DNA from: an uncultured virus (IMG/VR IMGVR_UViG_3300025411_000009)
Lineage: Duplodnaviria > Heunggongvirae > Uroviricota > Caudoviricetes
Length of the DNA stretch: 62,896 nucleotides
Direction: 5' to 3' (one strand)
Virus record (IMG/VR): IMGVR_UViG_3300025411_000009
This document shows, one piece after another, positions 9,423 to 17,137 of the stretch. Each line of letters begins with the position of its first letter. Position 1 is the first letter of the stretch. The translations under genes were made by a program, and so were the position numbers. The notes beneath the pieces are model-generated. The model saw only the letters and a program-made list of their open reading frames with translations, was not told the DNA's origin and made no database searches.

Positions 9423-11950
9423 GAGAAGAAATCCTCCAAAGTGTTAATCTTTTCTGTTGTCCAACCCATACAATCAAGAATGATTTTAATTGGCTCTATG
9501 AATGCTTTTTCAAATTGCATATCATAATCAATATAATCATGTAAATTTAATTCTTTAGGTAATCTGCTAGGATAGGATATAACAGTATCCTTAAAGTGAT
9601 TAGGCATTTTCAAATAAGCAAACTTTATCTTTTCGCCTTCTTGTATGAGATTGTATTTTTTTGTTAGTTTATTTTGTTTAATAAAGTTATTATATAAGAT
9701 TGCTCCCTTTACATGAATCGGTGTTCCTGATTTATATAAAGTCACAGCATCAGAGTATTTATTTAAACCATTGATGCCACGAGGAAAAGAAATCTCTTCT
9801 GGTGGTAACTTTTTGAAATCTTCTTTAAACTTTTTAATAAACTCATGTATATCGTTTTCAGAGCCAATCATCATAAGTTTAATTGCTTCTGCCATCTTTG
9901 TTCTAATGGCAGATGGTGTTGATGACTTAATCATCTCAAGACCCATGACTTTCATCTTTGGTTCTTTATAAGCAACACCTTCGTTATTAAACACATTGAG
10001 AATGTATCGTTTCTTAGCAGTCCAAATACCTTTGTTAGCCAACGCTTCTCGTTTCATTTGCATCTTTTGGGAATATGCCTTGAGATAATCTGCTAGTTCG
10101 CCATAAGACTTATCAATGTATGGCTGAATCTTATCTTCACAGATTTTATCCATGAATTGAATAGTTTGTTCAATCGACTTATCTTTACAGAATTTATCAA
10201 CGATAGGACCAAGTTTAAGATAAATTGAATCTGTATCTGAAGCAATAACATAATCTGTTTCAGTTTGTAATAACTTGTTCATATAGTCATTGAGTTTGTT
10301 TTCAATCCAACGAATTGCTAATTGACCAGATGTTGTTACTCCCAAAGCCATGCGTAAATCGTAGAATCTAAAATACTGACTACCAAGAGCACCGTAAGCA
10401 CTATTAAGAGAAACTTTCTTAGCAAGTTGAAGATTATCGTATCTTGCAATTCGTTTTTCAATTTCATACTTTTTCGTGTCATCTGTTTCGTCTTCATAAT
10501 CTTGTTTCGCCTTTAACATTAATTTTTTAAATTTCTTTCTATCTTCATACATTTCTTCCATCATCTTTGGTAAGAAACCCATCATATCAGTTCTAAAGAA
10601 TTGACCATTTGGAGTAAGTGTTGCGTTTTGGAGTTTTGATGTATCAATCTTTTTATATAATAACTTATCAACATTAACACCTTGAGATAACACTTCTCTC
10701 ATCTCATCTGTATAATCTTCTGGATCAATAAGTGTTTCAGGTGAGATATTGAATTGCATCATGAGGTGGGGGTAGAGTGAATTTAGGTCAAAGCTGGCGA
10801 TATAATCATGCTTGCCTACTTGTGGGTCTTTTACATATGCGCCTTCAAATGCTGAATCTTTATCTTTAACAACTTTAGGTGGAACAATGATGTTCTTTTC
10901 AAGCAAATAAGAATATGTTAATGAATCCCACATTCTAGTTTGTGCAAAGATATCATCATAGTTTGATTTTGTATCATATGCCAAAGTTAAACCAAGTTCA
11001 ATGAGTTTTAATTTGTCTTCCAATGAAACAATAAGTTCTACGTCTTTGATATTATATTCAATAAACTTTTGATGGTTCATTTTGTATAAATCATGTAGAG
11101 AATCATATTCATCATATGATATCTTTTCTTCACCAAGTTCAACTGATGCAATAGAATTAAGTTTATAGGATTCTTGTGACTTGCCACCAGGAGCATACCA
11201 TCTGTATAGTTCAATGTAGTCTAAAGAAGAAACACCAAGAATATCATAGGCAATCATCTGACGATTGTTCACAACAGTTTTTCTTTCACCAATATAATTC
11301 CATGGAGAAAGTTTCTTTGCCTCATCTTCACCAAGTATTCTTCTAAATCGATTGATGATGTATGGTATATCAAAGAATTTTGTATTCCATCCAGTTACGA
11401 TATCTGGACATTTTCTTGTCCATAGTTCCATAAATCTTTTACACAATGTATATTCATCACGGCATTTAACATAGATTTCTTTACCTTGAGTTTCATATGC
11501 ACCAAGACCAAAGACATACATTTCGCCATTGAGATACTTAACAGCAATAGCAATAATAGGTTCATTTGCTTCGTATGGGTCTGGGAAACCATTTTCAGAA
11601 CCAACTTCAATATCGATTACTGCAATTGATATCTTATCTTGGTCCCATTCAACCATACCTTTGTGTTGGTCGGCAATAAACGCATACTCATATTTTGTAT
11701 TACCATATATTTTAGGACCATTTGACACACCATCGAATTGTTTGATATAATCTCTAGCGTCTTTCATGGTACCAAATACTTTTTGGTCGAGGTAATCACC
11801 TTCAAGTGTTGTGAAGTTTGTTATACGTTTGGATGGAACAAAAAGAGATGGAGAATATTCAATTCTCTGTTTTACTCTTTTGCCATCCATAACACCTCGA
11901 TAGAGAATGTTATTGCCAAAACTTTGAACATTAGTGTAAAAGTTACTCAT
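9419..11950 (-). CDS. 43: Family B DNA polymerase (gp43)
   Basis: DIEV exonuclease motif, SFDLNSLYP, KVSLNSAYG, SDTDS; uninterrupted. Confidence 0.98.
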   Translation of the reverse strand: MSNFYTNVQSFGNNILYRGVMDGKRVKQRIEYSPSLFVPSKRITNFTTLEGDYLDQKVFGTMKDARDYIKQFDGVSNGPKIYGNTKYEYAFIADQHKGMVEWDQDKISIAVIDIEVGSENGFPDPYEANEPIIAIAVKYLNGEMYVFGLGAYETQGKEIYVKCRDEYTLCKRFMELWTRKCPDIVTGWNTKFFDIPYIINRFRRILGEDEAKKLSPWNYIGERKTVVNNRQMIAYDILGVSSLDYIELYRWYAPGGKSQESYKLNSIASVELGEEKISYDEYDSLHDLYKMNHQKFIEYNIKDVELIVSLEDKLKLIELGLTLAYDTKSNYDDIFAQTRMWDSLTYSYLLEKNIIVPPKVVKDKDSAFEGAYVKDPQVGKHDYIASFDLNSLYPHLMMQFNISPETLIDPEDYTDEMREVLSQGVNVDKLLYKKIDTSKLQNATLTPNGQFFRTDMMGFLPKMMEEMYEDRKKFKKLMLKAKQDYEDETDDTKKYEIEKRIARYDNLQLAKKVSLNSAYGALGSQYFRFYDLRMALGVTTSGQLAIRWIENKLNDYMNKLLQTETDYVIASDTDSIYLKLGPIVDKFCKDKSIEQTIQFMDKICEDKIQPYIDKSYGELADYLKAYSQKMQMKREALANKGIWTAKKRYILNVFNNEGVAYKEPKMKVMGLEMIKSSTPSAIRTKMAEAIKLMMIGSENDIHEFIKKFKEDFKKLPPEEISFPRGINGLNKYSDAVTLYKSGTPIHVKGAILYNNFIKQNKLTKKYNLIQEGEKIKFAYLKMPNHFKDTVISYPSRLPKELNLHDYIDYDMQFEKAFIEPIKIILDCMGWTTEKINTLEDFFS

Positions 11951-12261
11951 TATCCTGTGATGATTTTCTTTTGTGGTGGAACAACTAAACCTGCCCCAAA
12001 TATTTGTTTATAGTTTGTGATAAAGTCTTCTGCTGGAACATAGTTATATACTACGTTTCTTTTACTTAAAATGACTGTGGCATCTTTCTTTTGTTCTGCA
12101 TGGAGTGGAAAAGGCGAAAAACCTACGTTTGGTTTACCATCTTGTCCTCGAACAATTGAAATACCTACTGGATTTAAAACAACGAATTCTGTTTCAGACT
12201 GACTTTCTACTTCGCCTAAAACGTCTTCACCTGTGATTAATTTGAATGCAATTACTTCCAT
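11950..12261 (-). CDS. Conserved small T4-like phage protein (possible Sm-like fold)
   Basis: FKLITGEDVLG N-terminus; AGGAG RBS. Confidence 0.6.
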   Translation of the reverse strand: MEVIAFKLITGEDVLGEVESQSETEFVVLNPVGISIVRGQDGKPNVGFSPFPLHAEQKKDATVILSKRNVVYNYVPAEDFITNYKQIFGAGLVVPPQKKIITG

Positions 12262-12277
12262 TTGACTCTCCTAGTTA

Positions 12278-12285
12278 TATAAATA
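12278..12285 (+). promoter_or_regulatory. T4-type late promoter (TATAAATA) for the plus-strand cassette
   Basis: Exact gp55 consensus 45 nt upstream of ATG 12331. Confidence 0.7.
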
Positions 12286-12295
12286 CTTATCAAGG

Positions 12296-12324
12296 ATTAT
12301 ACAATAATCATTCATGAATGTCAA
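12296..12324 (-). promoter_or_regulatory. Consensus sigma70 early promoter for the gp43 operon
   Basis: TTGACA-17 nt-TATAAT on the minus strand. Confidence 0.85.
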
Positions 12325-12330
12325 GTTAAT

Positions 12331-12609
12331 ATGGATATATTTAAGTTAATTGCCGATTTGGGTTTTCCAATAGCCGCTGCTTGTGCTGGTGGTTATTTCA
12401 TCTTTTTAACTGTAAAGTTTATCCTCGCAGGAGTTCTCTCAAGAGTCAAGGGCTTAAATGGTATAATTATAGCTTTGGACAATAGAGTTAAAACCATGAA
12501 TCATGATATTATTAGAATTGATACTTTAATGTCTAACGCTTTAAAAGTTCGTCCTGATTTGGATCGTATTGCTAGAGCAGATGGCAAAAACGACGCTAGA
12601 AAGGATTAA
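12331..12609 (+). CDS. Small single-TM holin-like (GFPI motif) protein, paralogue A
   Basis: LGFPIAAACAGGYFIF TM segment plus coiled coil; similar to 13396..13677. Confidence 0.55.
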   Translation: MDIFKLIADLGFPIAAACAGGYFIFLTVKFILAGVLSRVKGLNGIIIALDNRVKTMNHDIIRIDTLMSNALKVRPDLDRIARADGKNDARKD

Positions 12610-12610
12610 A

Positions 12611-13396
12611 ATGATTAAAGTAATGCCTTTTCCAAAACAAGCTCATTTATTTGCTGTATTAAGCAATTTAGCATATTCGGATCCATTCGATTCAAAACCC
12701 AAATTTGATGAGTTAGGTTTTAGAAGTGAGTTCTTTGATTGCAATGGAAGTCAAGCTTATTTATTGACTAATGATGAAGATGCAATCGTTGTTTGCCGAG
12801 GCACACAACCAACTGATTGGAGAGATTTAGCGGCAGATTTAGAAGCTAATCCTGTTCCAAGTTCAACAGGCAAAGGTTTAGTTCATTATGGTTTTAAACA
12901 TAGTGTAGATAATATTTGGCCAACATTAGAACCAATGTTAAAAGAATTAGGTAAGAAAAGAACCATCTGGTGTACCGGTCATAGTTTAGGTGCAGCGATG
13001 GCAACTATTGTAGCTTATAAACTACAAAGAGATGAAAATTTACCAAGTGCTCAAGCATTATTTACTTATGGAAGTCCAAGAGTTGGAACACATGAGTATA
13101 TTGAAGGCATTACAAACACAGGTGTATTACATTTTAGATTTGTAAACAATACAGATATGGTTCCTCGTGTTCCTGTTTGGCCTTATAAACATTTTGGTGG
13201 AATGTATTACATGAACCATTGGGGCAATTTGAGAAGTTTTAGTGGATGGCAATTGACTAAAGATGTATGGCGTGGCTTTATCAGAGGTGTTAAAAATAAA
13301 AAATTCAGTTTACTTGATAACCATGCTATAGGTCATTATGTTTTAAATCTATATGATTGGTCTCAAGGTGTTGAGCATCCACAGGATAAAATTTAA
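12611..13396 (+). CDS. Lipase class 3 (alpha/beta hydrolase)
   Basis: RGT oxyanion motif, VHYGF, TGHSLGAA nucleophile elbow, TYGSPRVG, DMVPRVP, C-terminal His; AAGGA RBS before ATG 12611. Confidence 0.93.
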   Translation: MIKVMPFPKQAHLFAVLSNLAYSDPFDSKPKFDELGFRSEFFDCNGSQAYLLTNDEDAIVVCRGTQPTDWRDLAADLEANPVPSSTGKGLVHYGFKHSVDNIWPTLEPMLKELGKKRTIWCTGHSLGAAMATIVAYKLQRDENLPSAQALFTYGSPRVGTHEYIEGITNTGVLHFRFVNNTDMVPRVPVWPYKHFGGMYYMNHWGNLRSFSGWQLTKDVWRGFIRGVKNKKFSLLDNHAIGHYVLNLYDWSQGVEHPQDKI

Positions 13397-13677
13397 TGGA
13401 AGAATTAGCAGATTTAATTAGTAAATATGGATTTCCTATTATCGCTGCTTGCGGTATGGGTTATCTTATTTTTTATGTTTGGAAGTGGGCAACAGAAGAA
13501 ACAGAACCAGTATTAAATGAAACTGAAAAGATAGTGATTGCTTTGATTGACCGTATTAGAATGCTAGATAATGATTTGATTAGATTAAATCAAAAACTTA
13601 ATGTAGTATTAATGATGCGAGAAATTAAAGATGAAGAAAACAATAAGAATTCTCATACTGACGATACTGTCAAGTAG
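13396..13677 (+). CDS. Small single-TM holin-like (GFPI motif) protein, paralogue B
   Basis: YGFPIIAACGMGYLIF TM segment; IALIDRIRMLDNDLIR parallels IALDNRVKTMNHDIIR of paralogue A. Confidence 0.55.
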   Translation: MEELADLISKYGFPIIAACGMGYLIFYVWKWATEETEPVLNETEKIVIALIDRIRMLDNDLIRLNQKLNVVLMMREIKDEENNKNSHTDDTVK

Positions 13678-14071
13678 CGCATATGCAGAACAGACGTTTC
13701 AATTTAAATCTCCTTCTTTTTCAGGTATAGGATACTCTTCTCACGTTCAAACAATAGAGAATACTGAATACACTCGTAAACAAGCAATTTATGCGGCCAA
13801 AAAACAAGCTGCAATTGATGCTGCTACAGCTGCAGGTAATACTATATTAGCCAAGTTCTTGACTAACTTTGAGAGCAGAGTCTATGCTCAACTATCTACA
13901 CAATTAATTAATAATCTGTTTGGTGAAAATCCACAAAATAGTGGAACTGTTACCATTGAAGGCAATACTATTACATACACTAAAACAGCTGACATGATTA
14001 ACATGACTGTTAAGGATCAAAATGGTAATGTAACACAAGTTAGTATTCCTATTGGAACTTTAAGTTTCTAA
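13631..14071 (+). CDS. csgF: Curli assembly protein CsgF-like
   Basis: Signal peptide, then FQFKSPSFSG (CsgF N-terminal PSF-G motif), FESRVYAQLS..L...LFG and a beta-rich C-terminus; adjacent to csgG. Confidence 0.75.
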   Translation: MKKTIRILILTILSSSAYAEQTFQFKSPSFSGIGYSSHVQTIENTEYTRKQAIYAAKKQAAIDAATAAGNTILAKFLTNFESRVYAQLSTQLINNLFGENPQNSGTVTIEGNTITYTKTADMINMTVKDQNGNVTQVSIPIGTLSF

Positions 14072-14072
14072 T

Positions 14073-14855
14073 ATGAAAAAAATATTAATAGCACTTATGT
14101 GTATAACAATAATTGGCTGCACACCGCCAATGAATGTTATTAAAAAAGAACCAGAAATTATGCCAATGAAATGGGCTAGAGCTCCATTACCTGAACCTGC
14201 TAAAGGTAAAGTAGTTGTAGCTGTTTATAGTTTTGCTGATAAAACTGGTCAAAGAAAAGATTCTGCTACAATTGCTAAATTATCATCAGCTGTAACACAA
14301 GGCGGTGAAACAGTATTATTAAAATCATTAGAAGATGCTGGTGATGGAAAATGGTTTAGAATAGTAGAACGAGTTGGTATAGACAACTTATTAAAAGAAA
14401 GACAACTAATTCGTTCAGCAAGAGATGAAGCAAGAGATCCTTCTGGAATCAGACCTATGTTGTATGCAGGTATGATTATTGAAGGCGGAATTATAAGTTA
14501 TGATACAAATATAAGAACAGGTGGTATTGGTGTTCGTTGGTTAGGAATTGGACCAGACACACAATATCAAGAAGATGTGGTGACTGTAAGTATTAGAGCA
14601 ATTAGCACACAAACAGGTGAAGTGCTATTAACAGTAAACGCTCAAAAAACCATATTGAGTTATACAGCAGGTGTAGCTATATTTAAGTTTTTTGATAATG
14701 GAACACAAAATTTTGAACAAGAGATAGGAATATCTCAAACAGAGGCTTCTATACACGCCATAAAAGCAGCTACAGACCTGGCGGTAGAGCAATTGATTAT
14801 TCAAGGTGAAAAAAAAGGTATGTGGCAATTTAAGGAGAAAAAGAATGAAAAGTAA
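14073..14855 (+). CDS. csgG: Curli secretion channel CsgG (outer-membrane lipoprotein)
   Basis: Lipobox IIGC; VAVYSFADKTGQRK, SSAVTQG, WFRIVER..LLKERQLIR, EGGIISYD, QYQEDVVTVSIRA...TGEVL. Confidence 0.93.
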   Translation: MKKILIALMCITIIGCTPPMNVIKKEPEIMPMKWARAPLPEPAKGKVVVAVYSFADKTGQRKDSATIAKLSSAVTQGGETVLLKSLEDAGDGKWFRIVERVGIDNLLKERQLIRSARDEARDPSGIRPMLYAGMIIEGGIISYDTNIRTGGIGVRWLGIGPDTQYQEDVVTVSIRAISTQTGEVLLTVNAQKTILSYTAGVAIFKFFDNGTQNFEQEIGISQTEASIHAIKAATDLAVEQLIIQGEKKGMWQFKEKKNEK

Positions 14856-15552
14856 GCTTATCACTTTTGTGATGGGTTTGTTATTAGCATTTAGTGCTTT
14901 GGCAGTCGATAGTGGAGGTAATAGTGTTTATATTGACCAAACTAACGCTGATAATTCTACAGTATCAATTACACAAACAGGTTCTAACAACACGGTAGGA
15001 GATCCTACTAATGTTGGTAGTCCATCATTTGTGATTGATGGTAACAGTATTAATTTAGGTATCACACAAAACGGTATGAACAACTCTATCACAGGTAATT
15101 TTGTTGGTGGTGGTTCTACAGGAGTAATATCTCAAGATGGTAATAGTAACGGTGTTGTATTGAATTATGGAAACTTTGGTACCGACAATGGTAATTTAAA
15201 TTTATCATTTTCAGGTAGCAATAATAATTCTATATTAGATATTGGTACATTGAGAGATTCAGGAAGTTATAACTATAGTATTACTGCTGTAGGAAATAAT
15301 AACTCTATCACAAGTAAAATAAACAGTAAAAATGTTACAGATACTATATCGATTGCAGGCAATAGTAACTCTATTAACACAAGTCAAACAGGTGCTAATG
15401 GTACAGGTGCAGGCAAAGGTAATAGTATTAGTATCAACAATATTGGTAATTCAAATAATATAAGTGTGACTCAAGATGGTACGACCAACCCAAATAGTGC
15501 GATTGTTAATCTTACTGGTAACAACGCTTCTGTTTCTGTTATCCAACACTAG
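14845..15552 (+). CDS. Curlin-like (CsgA/CsgB-type) repeat protein
   Basis: AAGGAG RBS; signal peptide; N/G/S/Q-rich imperfect repeats (SITQTGSNN, ITQNGMNN, ISQDGNSN, SVTQDG). Confidence 0.75.
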   Translation: MKSKLITFVMGLLLAFSALAVDSGGNSVYIDQTNADNSTVSITQTGSNNTVGDPTNVGSPSFVIDGNSINLGITQNGMNNSITGNFVGGGSTGVISQDGNSNGVVLNYGNFGTDNGNLNLSFSGSNNNSILDIGTLRDSGSYNYSITAVGNNNSITSKINSKNVTDTISIAGNSNSINTSQTGANGTGAGKGNSISINNIGNSNNISVTQDGTTNPNSAIVNLTGNNASVSVIQH

Positions 15553-16540
15553 TTGGGCGGTAATTGGTTCTATAACTGAACAAAAAGGTCCAGCCTCTAT
15601 TACTAGAAATAAAGATGTAATAGAGGCTAAACCTAAATCAAATATAGATAGTAATGATATTGTTCAAACAGGCAATGGAATAGTAGGCATTACATTTGAA
15701 GATAAAACTCAAGTAAAAGTCACAGAACATTCAAAACTTCTTATAGACGAATTTGTCTATGACCCCAATAAAAAAGGTGCAGGTAAATTAGCTCTCAATG
15801 TAACAATGGGAACTGTTCGTTATGCATCTGGTAATATCGCACACGAAAATAATAAAAATGTAGCAATCAATACTCCGACCGCTTCAGTTGCTGTTCGTGG
15901 TACAGCATTCACAATGACTGTAGATGAGATAGGACAATCTCTTATTATTCTGTTACCAAATCCAGATGGTTCAGTTGGTTCAATTGAAGTTAGCACAGCC
16001 ATGGGTAAAGTAGTTTTAAACCAAGCGTTTCAAGCTACAGTAACAAAATCATCCGAAATTAAACCATTAAAACCTGTTTTGTTAGCATTATCTGAATCAT
16101 CTATTGATAATATGCTTATTGTTAAACCACCAAAACAAATCATTGAAAGAATACAAGCTGAAATAATCAATAAATCAGGTTCTGCTTTAGAATTTACGGG
16201 ATTAGAACAAAACGCTTTAGATGCAAAAGTTTTTAAAGACCCTTATGCTGGGTTTAATGAATTAGATGTAAATCCGTTAGACACAAATTATTTAACAAAT
16301 GCTCTTGATAATATGATATTAGCAACTTTTGTGGTAGGTTATAACTCTTTAAATCAAGTGTATATTTTTGATAAAAATACTTATTGGATGATACAAAGAA
16401 CGGTTAAAGATAGTGCTACAGTATTAATAGATAAAGACAAAGGATATAATATAAATATCATACAAAATGGTGTTACAGTAAATTTGAAAAATCAAGACCA
16501 AACAACCAATAGTATAACTATTAAACAACAGAGCAACTAA
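15476..16540 (+). CDS. Exported FecR-domain protein
   Basis: Hydrophobic N-terminus; DIVQTG..ITFEDKT..VTEHSKL, GTVRYASG and TPTASVAVRGTAF motifs typical of FecR domains. Confidence 0.8.
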   Translation: MVRPTQIVRLLILLVTTLLFLLSNTSWAVIGSITEQKGPASITRNKDVIEAKPKSNIDSNDIVQTGNGIVGITFEDKTQVKVTEHSKLLIDEFVYDPNKKGAGKLALNVTMGTVRYASGNIAHENNKNVAINTPTASVAVRGTAFTMTVDEIGQSLIILLPNPDGSVGSIEVSTAMGKVVLNQAFQATVTKSSEIKPLKPVLLALSESSIDNMLIVKPPKQIIERIQAEIINKSGSALEFTGLEQNALDAKVFKDPYAGFNELDVNPLDTNYLTNALDNMILATFVVGYNSLNQVYIFDKNTYWMIQRTVKDSATVLIDKDKGYNINIIQNGVTVNLKNQDQTTNSITIKQQSN

Positions 16541-16547
16541 ATAAATC

Positions 16548-16904
16548 ATGAAAAAAATTATATCACTTATTGCATTACTTACATTAACCGCTTGTTCAAC
16601 TATTACATCAATAATGCCACTTAAACATGACCCTGTTATGTTTGACCAATTGGTAGATATTAAAATCGTAGTAGACAATTTAGATTGTGCCAATAAATCA
16701 ACTTGGCCAGACCTCTCTTCAAAAATACAACATATCAAAGTTTATTCAGCGCTTAGAAATGACCCACAATCACCAAGCTTTGATAAGTTAAAAGAAGAAC
16801 TGACAAAAGCAAAAGATTCAAAGAGTATGTTATTTTGCCAATCAGCATTAACAATTGCACAATCTAGAGTAGAAGTTATTTCAGAATCATGGAGACAAAG
16901 ATGA
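16548..16904 (+). CDS. Putative lipoprotein
   Basis: MKKIISLIALLTLTAC lipobox. Confidence 0.75.
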   Translation: MKKIISLIALLTLTACSTITSIMPLKHDPVMFDQLVDIKIVVDNLDCANKSTWPDLSSKIQHIKVYSALRNDPQSPSFDKLKEELTKAKDSKSMLFCQSALTIAQSRVEVISESWRQR

Positions 16905-17137
16905 AAATATTAGAAGAATTAAGAGAAAAATCAGGACATCCAGGTGTTCTTGGTAAATTATCTGCTGAGTTGGTAAAAATTACCGAGCAACATCAAGCAG
17001 GTGATTTATCTGACGAAGAGTATTCATTTCTTGTTAAAGAAATCGTAGATGTAAAAAATCAACAAGCTTTAGCAGATGATGAAACTGCCTATAGATGGTT
17101 GGTTACAGCAACACAAACTTTATTATCACTTGTTTAA
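16901..17137 (+). CDS. Hypothetical protein
   Basis: GGAG RBS; ATGA overlap with the lipoprotein stop. Confidence 0.55.
   Translation: MKILEELREKSGHPGVLGKLSAELVKITEQHQAGDLSDEEYSFLVKEIVDVKNQQALADDETAYRWLVTATQTLLSLV

Noticed and set aside
9419..11950. Introns or inteins in gp43 (also considered for gp41, gp17, gp20, gp23, gp46, uvsW)
   Set aside because: All are uninterrupted, of ordinary length and without intein motifs
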